A DNA stretch of 64,000 nt from sequence record OR770614.1, one strand, 5' to 3'. Source of the DNA: Staphylococcus phage vB_StaM_PB50. Of the stretch, positions 29,970 to 41,254 are shown piece by piece. Every line of letters starts with the position of its first letter. Position 1 is the first letter of the stretch. The translations under genes were made by a program, and so were the position numbers. The notes under the pieces are model-generated. The model was not told where the DNA came from. It made no database searches and saw only the letters and a list, made by a program, of their open reading frames with translations.

Positions 29970-31517
29970 TTATCGTTTTAATAATTTAGCTAAATCTTTA
30001 GAATCAATGTCACCTTTTTTACTATCACTGCTTACTTTCAAAGCACCTAATTTATTTTGTTTTATAATTTCAAATTTACGATGTTCTGGAAGATATTTGT
30101 AAACCAATTCTCTAGCTTCATCAATTACGATAAATTCTAATAAGAAGAATTCTTTATAAACTTTATCTACAGCACGTCTATCATTTAATAAATCAACGCC
30201 AGTTTTACGTTTAACTTCTTGAGTTTCATCAATGCTAATCATTAAAGCTGTTGTAGGAATATAATTTCCGGATTTAGATCTAGTAATACTACCAGCTCTA
30301 TCTACAGTATAAATAGAATTTAATTTATTCCAAATAGCACCTGTACGTCCTTTTTTAGAATCTCTAGCAATTTTCTTAGTTCTTTCAGTATCTAATAATA
30401 AATCTCTAAATAATCTTAATTCACCTGTAGTAAATTTAACTAATTTAGTTACAAGATTAGATTTTCTAGATTTATCAGATAAATAGAATACTACATCTTC
30501 TGTTTTAACAGGATGTACTACAGTTTTTACACCAAATTTAACTGGTTTACTAGGATGATTAATTCCTGAAACTGGTTCACCTTTAGAATCTGTAATTAAG
30601 AAAGTAACATTCGTATTAACCATAGTTGGTATAGATGAATTTAATTTATCTTTTTGAATTGTAGTAGTAGTTCCATAATTATCATATTGATTCGTTTGTA
30701 TATCAGGTTTTACTCCTATAATATTTTTAATATATGAACTAAATGCTTCAGCAATTTCCATAGAACCATATAAGAATTTCATACCATTATCAGATAAAGT
30801 TCCTTCATTACTTGATGTTTTCAAGATATCATATAGTGATCTTGAATTGTCTTCTCCACCTCTATATTTAACCTCTTTCAAATTATTAAATAAGAATTCC
30901 AGTTGTTCACCGTTAGAATTCGGTTTAATTATATATACTGTTGCAGTATAAGTATCCTTAGTATCAGGATTATTAGCCTTTAAGAATTCTTTAACGTCAA
31001 ATTCAATATAACCTTTAATCTCTCTTGAATCCTCAAAATCAATTGTTTCTTCATTTAATAAATCCATTTCTTCTTTAGTAATTGACATATCATTAATTGA
31101 AGTTTTATTAAATTTTTCGTCTGGTGACTCAGTTAAATAATCATTAACACGTTTAATATCTTGCTTAGTACTTTCATTAAAATTAATATTTTGATGTAAG
31201 TCTCCCATAAATGAATTTGGATCTTTTGGATTATATTCTTGAATTGGAGTATTTGTTAAAATATATTCAAATTCATATGCTCTTTCTAATTCTAATTGAT
31301 TTCTCATTAATTCCACAGTATCATTATCTAAAGCATCAGAAGTCACTAATGGAAATTGTAAAATAAAATCTCCAGCTTTTCCTCTTAGTGTTCTATCGAA
31401 TGGTCTTTTACGTCTACTGTTATTTTTATAGTTATTTTTTACATTACCTGTAGTGGAATCCTTAAGTAAATCAATAACATCTGAAAGTATATTTACTTTT
31501 TTAACCAAAACTTTCAC
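29970..31517 (-). CDS. Hypothetical protein (515 aa), possibly a virion protein.
   Basis: ORF with SD GGAAAGGCAGTG. An AACA-N6-TAT motif at 31547-31559 (minus) lies upstream, preceded by nested hairpins. Confidence 0.55.
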   Translation of the reverse strand: MKVLVKKVNILSDVIDLLKDSTTGNVKNNYKNNSRRKRPFDRTLRGKAGDFILQFPLVTSDALDNDTVELMRNQLELERAYEFEYILTNTPIQEYNPKDPNSFMGDLHQNINFNESTKQDIKRVNDYLTESPDEKFNKTSINDMSITKEEMDLLNEETIDFEDSREIKGYIEFDVKEFLKANNPDTKDTYTATVYIIKPNSNGEQLEFLFNNLKEVKYRGGEDNSRSLYDILKTSSNEGTLSDNGMKFLYGSMEIAEAFSSYIKNIIGVKPDIQTNQYDNYGTTTTIQKDKLNSSIPTMVNTNVTFLITDSKGEPVSGINHPSKPVKFGVKTVVHPVKTEDVVFYLSDKSRKSNLVTKLVKFTTGELRLFRDLLLDTERTKKIARDSKKGRTGAIWNKLNSIYTVDRAGSITRSKSGNYIPTTALMISIDETQEVKRKTGVDLLNDRRAVDKVYKEFFLLEFIVIDEARELVYKYLPEHRKFEIIKQNKLGALKVSSDSKKGDIDSKDLAKLLKR

Positions 31518-31560
31518 TGCCTTTCCTTATTTTTATTAAGATTTTTATAAAATTATGTTT

Positions 31561-31629
31561 GATGATGATTTTTAGTAAAAAAAGTAAAAAAAAAAATAAT
31601 CATCATCGATCTCTAATTAAAGAGATCGA
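31561..31629. other. Two nested or abutting perfect hairpins upstream of the 29970..31517 gene.
   Basis: GATGATGATT..(A-rich 27 nt)..AATCATCATC at 31561-31606, and TCGATCTCTaattaaAGAGATCGA at 31606-31629. Confidence 0.6.
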
Positions 31630-32299
31630 CAATGATTATCATAATATGAAATGAGTTGTTTTTTAAGTACTGTTATATTTAAGAAGGTTATCGCTTTAGG
31701 CGTTCGCCTGCCATATACTAGAAGCGATAAAATACGTATATGACTACTTTCCTGTTTTCCGATACAGTTCCGTTCATTAAATTTATTTCTATTTTTATTA
31801 ATTACTGAGTTTCTATATTTTTGGTGTATACAACACTTCATTTAAAATGAAATCATTTAAATTCATACACTTTTCTTTATTTCTTTTGCCATTATCTTGA
31901 TATATATTTTCTTTTTTATAATTTTCTTCCTTCTTTATTATTTCTTCTAATGTCATTTATTTTTATTCCCCTATACGAGCAGCATATCTCTTACGCTATC
32001 TTATAAATATGTGTAGACTATATTAATCTTATAATAAGATCAATACACCCAAATATAACAGTACGACTTTTTGATTTTAATTAATAATCTTTTTTATTTA
32101 ACTCATTTTGTCTACAATTAGCATTTATTTCCTATTCGATAACTGGGAGGTCCCAGACCTTCTGCTCTTTAATTATAAGGGTGAATTAAAGAGTCAGGCA
32201 TATTTATAGACTAGTTATAAGAGCGAAGAAAGATGACATTCTCTCTTCCATTATTATAATATAAATTTAAAAATTAAATTAAAATAATAAATGTGCTTT
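31630..32299. other. Noncoding region of about 0.7 kb with locally GC-richer structured segments. Candidate small RNA(s) or regulatory region.
   Basis: No convincing ORF. The only track ORF, 31617..31841, has no SD and arbitrary composition. Perfect stems are present: TTATCGCTT..AAGCGATAA (31688-31733) enclosing AGGCGttcGCCT, CTGGGaggtCCCAG (32145-32158), and CTCTTTAATT..AATTAAAGAG (32166-32194). Confidence 0.4.
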
Positions 32300-32312
32300 A
32301 ACATGTACTTAT
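32300..32312 (+). promoter_or_regulatory. AACA-N6-TAT motif upstream of the 32328 gene.
   Basis: AACATGTACTTAT lies 16 nt before the ATG. Confidence 0.4.
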
Positions 32313-32327
32313 TAAAATTTTAAGAAA

Positions 32328-33317
32328 ATGAATGGTGGTGAAGAAAGATTGGCTGAAGATGATAAAAGCTTAGAAACTTCTTTTAAGGAAGAACTTAAAA
32401 AAGAAGGTAATGTAAAAGAAATAGAATCCTTTAACCCTTATAGAATGAAGGATAAAAATTCAGAAATATTTAATAAAGGATTACCTTATATTTTCTTTAC
32501 TGCTCCTCGTTTAAATTTAGTAGATGGTAATATAAATAGAGATAGTTTCTTTTCATATCTTAAAAGTGTTAAACCAAAATTATTAGAAACTTTAAATTTT
32601 AGTAATTTAAATGCTATAAGTTCAGGTAAACCTTTTATTCCAATCCTTTCAAATAGATTTATGGGTATATCTATACCTGATACACAAACTACAATGAAAG
32701 AATTCCATGAAACATTCTATGGATATAAACAACACTTACCGGTAGGAACAGTTAACTCAATTGCCGGTGGAGAAATTGCTGTTGACTTTGAAGAAAATAA
32801 AAATATAGATATTATACATTTAATAAAAGCTTGGAGCGAATATATTGAAGGAGTTACTAGAGGTTACATGTATCCTTCAGATGATGCTAAAGATAAACGC
32901 TATATAGATTATACTAGTTCTATATATTATTTCTTATTAGATTTTGATGGTGAAACTGTATTACATTACTCTAAATACACAGGATGTTTTCCTATTAATG
33001 TACCGTATGATATATTCTCTCAAAATGTTGGTGAAGATGTAGACGTTCCACATGTATCAGTTAACTTTGCTTATTCGTATAAAGAAGATATGAATCCAGA
33101 TACTTTAGTTGATTTTAATACAGTATCAACAATGGGAAGTTCAGTTGCAAATGCTTCAGGTGCTTCTCCTATAAGAGCTAATATAAATGCAGTAACAATG
33201 GGTGTTAAACTTAAATACGATGAAATGTATCCTATTAATACAGGTAATCCTTATATTGCGATGGGATCAAGAAGTGAAGATGGATCACAAAATAAATATA
33301 GATTAAGATTTTTATAA
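32328..33317 (+). CDS. Hypothetical protein (329 aa), first gene of a plus-strand structural-looking block.
   Basis: ORF followed at a tight spacing by a 996-aa ORF. Confidence 0.55.
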   Translation: MNGGEERLAEDDKSLETSFKEELKKEGNVKEIESFNPYRMKDKNSEIFNKGLPYIFFTAPRLNLVDGNINRDSFFSYLKSVKPKLLETLNFSNLNAISSGKPFIPILSNRFMGISIPDTQTTMKEFHETFYGYKQHLPVGTVNSIAGGEIAVDFEENKNIDIIHLIKAWSEYIEGVTRGYMYPSDDAKDKRYIDYTSSIYYFLLDFDGETVLHYSKYTGCFPINVPYDIFSQNVGEDVDVPHVSVNFAYSYKEDMNPDTLVDFNTVSTMGSSVANASGASPIRANINAVTMGVKLKYDEMYPINTGNPYIAMGSRSEDGSQNKYRLRFL

Positions 33318-33340
33318 GAAAGTGAGTTGAAATTAATAAA

Positions 33341-36331
33341 ATGGCTATAACACAGTATTTCTCTAACGAACAAGAGAAATTAGATTTTTTAAATAATGCT
33401 AAGATAGATACGGATAGTGTTATTAAAATAGGAAGTACTTCATATGATGTTAAAGAAAAATGGTTTAATATGGCTAGTAAATTCTTTGAAATTGATACTG
33501 AAAATACTCCTATTGATGATAATGAAAATGAAGAACTTATTAGTTTGCTTAAAGCAGGCTTATTTGGTTATATTAATGAAATTAATTCTCATGAAGTTAA
33601 AAATGCTATTTATCACAGAAATGTTTTGTATGATGAATTATTCTTAAATACAGCATCAATACCGATGTCAATTTATAACTTTGCTAAATTATATAACGTA
33701 CCTATTCAAATGGCTACTCCTGCTAATTTTAAAGTAGATTTAGTAGTTAGAAAAGAGGATATATTAAAACTTCCAACTAAAGAGATTATATCCACTAAAA
33801 CTATTGATAAGGAAAAATCTTTAAAAACATATGAAGCAACTATATCTAAAAAACAAGATTTCACTATAGGTAACTTTAAATATAGCTTACCTTATGATGT
33901 TTCTATTATATTAAAACAATATCCAGTTACTAAAGATGGTAAAGAATTAATTGATTATAAAATATCAGCTAATTATAATATAGATAACAACTTATTTAAA
34001 TTCTCATCTATACTAGACAATAATGTTAAAGTAACTAAAAATATTTCTAATGGAATAGATTATTTATTCTTTAGTCTAGATCTATATCAAATTGATAGAG
34101 TTGAAAAAGAATTTAATATTACAAGTAATGATATTGCAGAAAATATTTATCTAGATAGTAGTTATGAAGGTCAATTAGCCGGGTTTAATGTATTTTATGA
34201 ATATATGGGTGAAAGAATCCCTATGGAAACTTATTTCAATAATACATTTACTCCAGATACAGATAATCCTTTCTGTTATTATAATTTTAAAGAGGAAAAT
34301 AAATTAGAAATATCTTTCTCTAATATTGCTAATTCATTTAGACCTAAAGCAAATAGTAGAGTTATAATTGAAACTTTAACTACTAGAGGTGAACAAGGTA
34401 ACTTTAATTATAATGATACATTAAATGTATCATTAGAATCTGGAGTTAGTACATTTGAAAAAATACCTGTTACAGTATTACCTAAAGGAAATTCTGTTAA
34501 CGGTAGAAATAAACCTACAGTAAACTCAGAGAAAAGACGTATTATTAATAAAGCTATAACTAGAGATAATATTATTACAGATTTTGATATTAAAAATTAT
34601 TTTAATGAAGTTAATGATAGTAATAATATTAATAATTCATTTATTAATTTCGTTAAGAAACGTAATGATCTATATACACGTATGTATAATGCATTCTTAT
34701 TATTAAGAGATAGTGATAATAAGGTTATGCCTACAAACACTGCACCTTATTTAGATTTCCCTAAAGAATATTTTATTGGAAATACATCTCTAGGAAATGA
34801 AGAAGACGGTTATGTTATTCCAGAAAATAGTCTATTTAAATACGATCATGAAGAAAAAGAATATATCCATATACCTGATGGTTTAGATGATAAAGATGAA
34901 AAAGAAAAATTTGAAAAAGATAAGGATTCTTTATATTATGTAAATCCTTTCTTAATCAAGATTAATAAGTATCCTTTCTTATCTTCCAACTATTATAAAC
35001 TTCATGTAAATGATTTATTCTCAACTGAATATAAATACATTAATGATTTAATACCTAGTAATATAACTACAACTGATTTATATGTAGAAAAATTAAATGA
35101 TTTCAAAAATACATTAGAGTCAGATACATTTAAATTTAGTGTAGAAATTGGTATGGATACATCATTACAAGAAATGAAAGATTTATTAAGTGTTAGAGCA
35201 GTTCTATTATCTCAAGAAACTGGAGAGAAGTATGGTTACTTTGAATTAAAACCAGAAGAAAATATTGAATCTGAAAATAATATTATTGATGACAGTGATA
35301 GTAGTGTTGATAAATCTTCACTATATACAGGTATGATATCTACAAATAGATCTTTCCATGAAGGAAAACTAGCAATCACAGATTCATTATATGATTCAAA
35401 AGGTATTGTACAAGATAATGTATTTATAGATGAGAAATTTGTAGTCAAAATTGGAATTATGTATAAAGATGAAGATATGAGATATTTTAATGAATTAGAT
35501 TATTCTGATGAAATGAATTTCTTTAAAGATGCTTTTCCTAATCATGAAGATAATGAAATTAATGACTATACATTAGCTTGTTCTATGGAAACTTTTGAAG
35601 GAGTATCTATCTATAAAGATATGTCAAATGTAATGAATAGTACAATATCCATGGATGATTCTAAATGTAGAGTGGAATTAATACCAATGTTTTCATTAGG
35701 TTACTTTATGAATAATTATGAAGAAGTATATAAAGTATTAGATGGTTATAAAGGTATACTAGAAGATGCTATTCCTAGATTACAAAATAATACTAGTATA
35801 GATATGAAACTGTATAATACAAAAGGTCCTTCTAATAATTATTATTTAGATACTAAATTAAATGATGATAATGTAGAAAATAAATATATTTCTAGAACTG
35901 ATATATTACTAGATCTAAATATAACATTATATGCTCCAATTAATGATTTCTTAGATAAAGAAATTAAAAGATATATATCAGATTTTATTGAAGCATGTAA
36001 TGAAAATGGTATTATACCTATATCTAATTTAATAAGATTATTAGAACAAAATTTTGATATTATTAAATATATTGTATTTAATGGAATTTCAGGTAAATAT
36101 GCAGAGAAAGTTGATAATCACTATCAAAAACTTCTTAACACTAATTTAGGTTATAATGATCTAAATAAACAAGAAATTATCGAATATGTTCCAGAATATA
36201 TAAATATTAAAAAGAATCTTAGAGAAAATAAAGTAGAAATTGAAAATGAAGATAATTCAACAGGAACTACAGTTATAGATTTAGGATTAACTTATGATGA
36301 TGTTGTAAATGTTACTTATTCAGTTTCTTAA
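33341..36331 (+). CDS. Large hypothetical protein (996 aa), probably a virion structural protein.
   Basis: A 2991-nt ORF with no enzyme motifs. Its size and context suggest a structural role (portal, sheath or capsid class). The specific role is not assignable. Confidence 0.6.
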   Translation: MAITQYFSNEQEKLDFLNNAKIDTDSVIKIGSTSYDVKEKWFNMASKFFEIDTENTPIDDNENEELISLLKAGLFGYINEINSHEVKNAIYHRNVLYDELFLNTASIPMSIYNFAKLYNVPIQMATPANFKVDLVVRKEDILKLPTKEIISTKTIDKEKSLKTYEATISKKQDFTIGNFKYSLPYDVSIILKQYPVTKDGKELIDYKISANYNIDNNLFKFSSILDNNVKVTKNISNGIDYLFFSLDLYQIDRVEKEFNITSNDIAENIYLDSSYEGQLAGFNVFYEYMGERIPMETYFNNTFTPDTDNPFCYYNFKEENKLEISFSNIANSFRPKANSRVIIETLTTRGEQGNFNYNDTLNVSLESGVSTFEKIPVTVLPKGNSVNGRNKPTVNSEKRRIINKAITRDNIITDFDIKNYFNEVNDSNNINNSFINFVKKRNDLYTRMYNAFLLLRDSDNKVMPTNTAPYLDFPKEYFIGNTSLGNEEDGYVIPENSLFKYDHEEKEYIHIPDGLDDKDEKEKFEKDKDSLYYVNPFLIKINKYPFLSSNYYKLHVNDLFSTEYKYINDLIPSNITTTDLYVEKLNDFKNTLESDTFKFSVEIGMDTSLQEMKDLLSVRAVLLSQETGEKYGYFELKPEENIESENNIIDDSDSSVDKSSLYTGMISTNRSFHEGKLAITDSLYDSKGIVQDNVFIDEKFVVKIGIMYKDEDMRYFNELDYSDEMNFFKDAFPNHEDNEINDYTLACSMETFEGVSIYKDMSNVMNSTISMDDSKCRVELIPMFSLGYFMNNYEEVYKVLDGYKGILEDAIPRLQNNTSIDMKLYNTKGPSNNYYLDTKLNDDNVENKYISRTDILLDLNITLYAPINDFLDKEIKRYISDFIEACNENGIIPISNLIRLLEQNFDIIKYIVFNGISGKYAEKVDNHYQKLLNTNLGYNDLNKQEIIEYVPEYINIKKNLRENKVEIENEDNSTGTTVIDLGLTYDDVVNVTYSVS

Positions 36332-36359
36332 TATAAAATAAAAAGGAGAATTTAAACTT

Positions 36360-37340
36360 ATGTCTAAACCATTCATCTCAAAATATCGTCAAAGTCAAGC
36401 TGACTTAAATAAAAAAGCTAATAAAGCTTTAGAACAAAAGAAATACAACGATATGGTTAATGAAGAATTACAAGTTTCAAAAGAAAAAGATTTAATTTCA
36501 GGAAGAAATAACCAAATCAAGGCTACAAATAAAAGAGCTATAGATAACGCTAAAAATAAAAATGATAGAGATTTATTATCATTAAATACTCAAACTATCA
36601 TGACTACTTTATTCTCAGCATTAGTATTTAATACTTTCCCTAACAAAATTGCTGATAAAAGTAAATTACGTGACCATATTGTAAATAAGAGTCGTGTTTT
36701 CTTTAATGAAGCAATTGATGCTGAATTGGCTGATTATCAAGGTAGTGAAGTATTTAAAAATGCAAAATTCAATGCTGCAACTTATGCTAAAGATGCTCAT
36801 GGAGTTATTGATCCTAAAGACTCAATTAAAGGAGCTAAAGTAGTTTATAAAAAAGGTAGTACTGAATTTGACTACTTAGTAAATGTAGTTGCTAAGAAAA
36901 TTGAATCTGCAGTAATCAGAGAATCAGAACTAGTTGAAGTACGTGAAAAATTAAATGAAGGTATTGCTGATACTCATAAAAAACAAAGTAAAACATTTTT
37001 CCGTACATTACATGAAATGGCAATTAATGATATTGTAAATAATGAAGAATATCTTAAAGAAGAAATTTCTGCTGAAGAAGTTAATATGAATGCGTTAACT
37101 GAAGCTGTTTTAGACTATACTATTATGGAATTAGTTCATACAGCTAAATTAAGTACATTTGATATGTCAGAAGTTCAAAAATCTATTAAAAATGGATCAT
37201 TGAAAGTTAATACATCTCAATCTTCTAAAGTAAATCCTGAGAATGGTTCTACTAAACCATCTGGTGATGGTGTAAAACCTAGAGTTAGAGATAATGAAAA
37301 TAAACCAAAATCAGGAAAAGTTCAATTAAACGAAGAATAA
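36360..37340 (+). CDS. Hypothetical protein (326 aa).
   Basis: Strong SD AAAAGGAGAA. Confidence 0.6.
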   Translation: MSKPFISKYRQSQADLNKKANKALEQKKYNDMVNEELQVSKEKDLISGRNNQIKATNKRAIDNAKNKNDRDLLSLNTQTIMTTLFSALVFNTFPNKIADKSKLRDHIVNKSRVFFNEAIDAELADYQGSEVFKNAKFNAATYAKDAHGVIDPKDSIKGAKVVYKKGSTEFDYLVNVVAKKIESAVIRESELVEVREKLNEGIADTHKKQSKTFFRTLHEMAINDIVNNEEYLKEEISAEEVNMNALTEAVLDYTIMELVHTAKLSTFDMSEVQKSIKNGSLKVNTSQSSKVNPENGSTKPSGDGVKPRVRDNENKPKSGKVQLNEE

Positions 37341-37356
37341 AAAAAATAATAAAATT

Positions 37357-37388
37357 TCCCCAATACCTATTAATTTAGGTATTGGGGA
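37357..37388. terminator. Palindromic hairpin family member, bidirectional.
   Basis: TCCCCAATACCTattaatttAGGTATTGGGGA, located between convergent genes (36360..37340 on plus, 37397..37867 on minus). Confidence 0.8.
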
Positions 37389-37396
37389 TTATATTT

Positions 37397-37867
37397 TTAA
37401 ATAGATTTTTGATAGTCATTTCTTTCTTTTACATATAGTGTTAATTTGTAGTACATTATATCTAATATGATATTTGGTAATTCTTCATTGTCATAAACTT
37501 TATAGAGTTTTTTCTTAAAGTCTTCAGATATATAATTCATGTATCTATTATAAACATCTTCTAGTATTGTATTCTTTCTTTGTTCCGTAATACTTACATT
37601 AGAAAATTTCATAGATGGATTTTCTAAATATACATCTAGATATATTTCTTCTATTGTTATATCATAAGTAGGTTTTAAGAAGTTATCAATAGAATAATCT
37701 AAATCATCAATGATACTTTTACCATCAAATTTGTCTTCCATGTCTTTTACTTTATATTGAAGTTGATTAATATTCTTTAAGCTTTGCTTATATTTATAAT
37801 AATAATGCCCTATGAATATACCTAGAAGTACACATATAAATATTAAAGCTGTAACTAAAAACCACAT
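37397..37867 (-). CDS. Small membrane-anchored protein (N-terminal transmembrane helix).
   Basis: MWFLVTALIFICVLLGIFIGHYYY, followed by a hydrophilic domain. Confidence 0.5.
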   Translation of the reverse strand: MWFLVTALIFICVLLGIFIGHYYYKYKQSLKNINQLQYKVKDMEDKFDGKSIIDDLDYSIDNFLKPTYDITIEEIYLDVYLENPSMKFSNVSITEQRKNTILEDVYNRYMNYISEDFKKKLYKVYDNEELPNIILDIMYYKLTLYVKERNDYQKSI

Positions 37868-37906
37868 TTATTTCACTTCCTTTTTATTTTTAATTCTAAT
37901 TTTTCA

Positions 37907-38461
37907 TTACAGTTCATCATCCTTAATTCTAATGAAGTTAACATTATTCTCTATTAATAAATCCATAACAGGTTCATAATCATCATAGAGTTCATTAAAG
38001 TAAACTGTTTTTATTCCTGAAGCTATGATATTCTTAGCACAATTGTAACATGGTGAATGTGTGCAATATAAATCAAGTCCTTCTGTAGATATTCCTTTTT
38101 TACTCATCTTAGTCAATGCATTTATTTCTGCATGAACTTCATTAAGTAATGACCATTTATGATGGAGTTCTTGATCTTTGCATTTCATTAACTCATCTCC
38201 ATTAATTTCATACCAAATATTATCTTTTTTCTTAAATATTTCATTACAATTAACTTTACCCGGAAATGATCCATTTACTCCTATAGAATATATTGAAGAA
38301 TTATCTGCAATAATTGCACTAACTTTTTTAGCTGCACATTTACTTAATTTAGAAGCTTCTTTACAGTATTTCATACATAATATGTTCCATTTATTAATTT
38401 CATAAAAATCATTAAATTCATTATCGTTAAAATCTATTTTTGTAGCCATAATTAAATTCAT
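37907..38461 (-). CDS. dCMP deaminase (cytidine/deoxycytidylate deaminase family).
   Basis: Zinc-binding motifs HAEINAL and CTHSPCYNCAKNI at the correct spacing. Length 184 aa. Confidence 0.8.
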   Translation of the reverse strand: MNLIMATKIDFNDNEFNDFYEINKWNILCMKYCKEASKLSKCAAKKVSAIIADNSSIYSIGVNGSFPGKVNCNEIFKKKDNIWYEINGDELMKCKDQELHHKWSLLNEVHAEINALTKMSKKGISTEGLDLYCTHSPCYNCAKNIIASGIKTVYFNELYDDYEPVMDLLIENNVNFIRIKDDEL

Positions 38462-38470
38462 AAACTCCTT

Positions 38471-39082
38471 TTATTTTAAATTATTAACAAATTCAGTTAT
38501 TTTCTCTATAATATAATCATATGAATAAGCTTCATCATTATTTTCATAAGCAAGTAATTTTCCTTTATTTGCATATTCATCAGCTATTTCATTATATTTT
38601 GAATCTTGATCAATTGATTTATTATGTCCTTTTGTCCATGATAAATTTATATTAAACTTCATTCCTAAATTATGTTTTATATCATCCACTAATAACCATA
38701 ATTCTTTATTTTTTATAGGAGTTCCTGTATTTGTTAACCAACCATTTTCTGACCATTTTAAGAGATATTTATTAAAACCATCAACAACATATCTAGAATC
38801 AGTTTTAATATTTATATTCAATTTTCTATCACCCTTATAAGTTTCTATAGCAAATAGAGCAGAAAATATAAATGATAGTATTTCTAAATTGTTATTAGTT
38901 AATTTTTCATCCATTACCGGTATTCCCATAGACTCAAAAGGTCTATTTTCTTCAGGTAAATATATACCTAGTCCACCATATTTAGTTCCTTTAGATTTAA
39001 CACCTTTTATTGCACCATCACAATATATTGTTACTTTATTACTATTTTCATTTAAATATTTCTTAAAGTCTATCAAATTCAT
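38471..39082 (-). CDS. Ribonuclease HI.
   Basis: RNase H motifs in order: IYCDGA, KYGGLGIYL, TNNNLEILS, KTDSRYV, KWSENGWL and WTKGHNKS...YNEIADEYA. Confidence 0.85.
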   Translation of the reverse strand: MNLIDFKKYLNENSNKVTIYCDGAIKGVKSKGTKYGGLGIYLPEENRPFESMGIPVMDEKLTNNNLEILSFIFSALFAIETYKGDRKLNINIKTDSRYVVDGFNKYLLKWSENGWLTNTGTPIKNKELWLLVDDIKHNLGMKFNINLSWTKGHNKSIDQDSKYNEIADEYANKGKLLAYENNDEAYSYDYIIEKITEFVNNLK

Positions 39083-39184
39083 ACACCGTCCTAGAATTTA
39101 TAAAAAAAAAAAATAAATGAAGAGAGATTTAATCTCTCTTCATCCTTTATATAATTAAAAAGTTTTCATCATTTATTAATTTTA

Positions 39185-41254
39185 TTAAACCATAAATGAA
39201 TCTAAAACTTCTTCATCTAAAGAATTGATATCAGTTTTCTCACCAGCAATTAAATTTACTAAATCTTCATCACTATCTAAATCTTTATTAGTAACTTTAA
39301 TTCTGATATCTTCTAAAGTATCTGTTCCTTCAAGAACATCAATATAATCACTAACAAATTGAACTTCACCATCAATATTAGTAACTTTAATAGTGTGACT
39401 ATCAGAGAACTCTACACTATCTACAAAAGCAAATTTAGTATTATCATTAATTAACTTGTTGATAAATAATTTACGTTTAGCAATTTCTAATTCAATATCA
39501 CCTTTACGAATTTTATCAATTCTATGTGTAGCTCCTGCATATTTAAATGATACATCCTTAGTGAATTTATTTTCTTTAATAATTTGGTATGTCATATTTA
39601 ATTTCTCCTCTTTTTTATCATTTTTAGTTTCTTCTACATGTTCTATAGTAGTTTCTTTTGATTTAATTTCTTCTTGTACTTCTTTCAATTCATCTTCATT
39701 ATTAATTTCAATAATACTTTCTTTAGGTTTAGAAATTGCATATTTTCCTTCAATTATATTTTGATATTGATTGGTAAATGCATCAACGTAATTTTTATCT
39801 TCATTGAATATTGCCTTTAATGAAGATTCTAAACTTAGTTTTAGATTTGTATATCTAGTTGAAGATGTTTTAATACGTTTACTACTATCAAATATATCTT
39901 TTCTTGAAGTGAAGACATCTTTAATATCTTCATTAAAATCAGTGTTATTATTTTCAAAAGTAATGAATTTCATTAATTTTATAACATTGAAATCATCAAG
40001 TTTTATAGTTTGATTACTTGACTGTATATATTCAAATAAGAAGTTATTGAATAAAGTATAACCTACTATATGAGTGCTAGTACTTGATGTTTCTAATATA
40101 TTCATTTTTAATGGATACTCATTTTTCTTCTTCTTAATATAACCACGTTTATTTTCTGAATTCAATAAATATGATTTTGATGTGAATTCATTAACATTAC
40201 CTTTAGAATATATTCCTGAATAAACCCCTTGAAGAAGTTCAAAAGTAAATCTCTTTAAAGTATTTTCAATATTTTCTATACCTAAGAAACTTAAGAATAA
40301 ATCATATATCAATGTCTCTCTAATAGGATGGTCATAACTAACTGATAAGAAACGTTGTCTAAATGGATTGAAATACAAATTTTCTCTAGTTAAGATACTT
40401 GTATCTCTTATCTTTTGTTCTTTTCCATTTGTGCATATAAATAAATCTACTCTAGTATCATCTCTTACATCGCTTACTTTTGGAATATTGAATAATGGAT
40501 TACTAGCGAAATAATAATCTGAACGTTGACTAAATGTAAACACTTCAGAATATGTTCTCTGTGAAAATATATCATTTCTTTCAATCTTTTCAATTAATTT
40601 ACCTTCTTTACTTCTAACATTTAGGTTAGCATCCATTAGTAAATCAAAATAATTAATTGCATCATAAGATTTATTTAATAGTTCCTCACTGTTTAGTGAG
40701 ATTAAATAACTACCTAAATTGTCTACACTTAATTCTTTATACGCTGTCATAATAGAATCTTTATTAATTTCAGCAATTAAATCGTATAATGTATTTCTTT
40801 CATAATTACCAAAACTGCTTAGTTTTTTATGGAAACTAAAATTTCCAGTTTTATAAAATTTATAAATCATTAAATTGTCAATTATACTTGATTTGACAAA
40901 TTTTAATAATGCATCTACATTTACATCGCTGTGTTTATCTTTAATATTCATTTTTGGACCATATACTCTAGTAACAAAAGGAATATTATCAATTGAATAA
41001 ATGATAAAAATATTTCTAGATTCTTCATTATTATCATTAGAAATAAATCTAAACATTGTATCTGTTATTTTATTTTCTTTCATAATATTAATAACACCAT
41101 CAAAAAGATTATCTACATTATTTACATAATCTTTATCATTTATCATTTTAGATGATTGATTAACATCCATTTCTTTCTTAAACCAACGTTTAACCTCTTT
41201 TAAACTGATATTACCTTCTGACAAATTGTTTTTCTTTAGTATTATTCTACTCAT
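39185..41254 (-). CDS. Hypothetical protein (689 aa).
   Basis: Long ORF with no motifs recognised. Confidence 0.55.
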   Translation of the reverse strand: MSRIILKKNNLSEGNISLKEVKRWFKKEMDVNQSSKMINDKDYVNNVDNLFDGVINIMKENKITDTMFRFISNDNNEESRNIFIIYSIDNIPFVTRVYGPKMNIKDKHSDVNVDALLKFVKSSIIDNLMIYKFYKTGNFSFHKKLSSFGNYERNTLYDLIAEINKDSIMTAYKELSVDNLGSYLISLNSEELLNKSYDAINYFDLLMDANLNVRSKEGKLIEKIERNDIFSQRTYSEVFTFSQRSDYYFASNPLFNIPKVSDVRDDTRVDLFICTNGKEQKIRDTSILTRENLYFNPFRQRFLSVSYDHPIRETLIYDLFLSFLGIENIENTLKRFTFELLQGVYSGIYSKGNVNEFTSKSYLLNSENKRGYIKKKKNEYPLKMNILETSSTSTHIVGYTLFNNFLFEYIQSSNQTIKLDDFNVIKLMKFITFENNNTDFNEDIKDVFTSRKDIFDSSKRIKTSSTRYTNLKLSLESSLKAIFNEDKNYVDAFTNQYQNIIEGKYAISKPKESIIEINNEDELKEVQEEIKSKETTIEHVEETKNDKKEEKLNMTYQIIKENKFTKDVSFKYAGATHRIDKIRKGDIELEIAKRKLFINKLINDNTKFAFVDSVEFSDSHTIKVTNIDGEVQFVSDYIDVLEGTDTLEDIRIKVTNKDLDSDEDLVNLIAGEKTDINSLDEEVLDSFMV

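Noticed and set aside
31617-31841. 74-aa minus-strand ORF in the long intergenic region.
   Set aside because: No SD. Cys, Arg and Asn-rich arbitrary composition. It overlaps conspicuous RNA-like stems. It is more likely non-coding.
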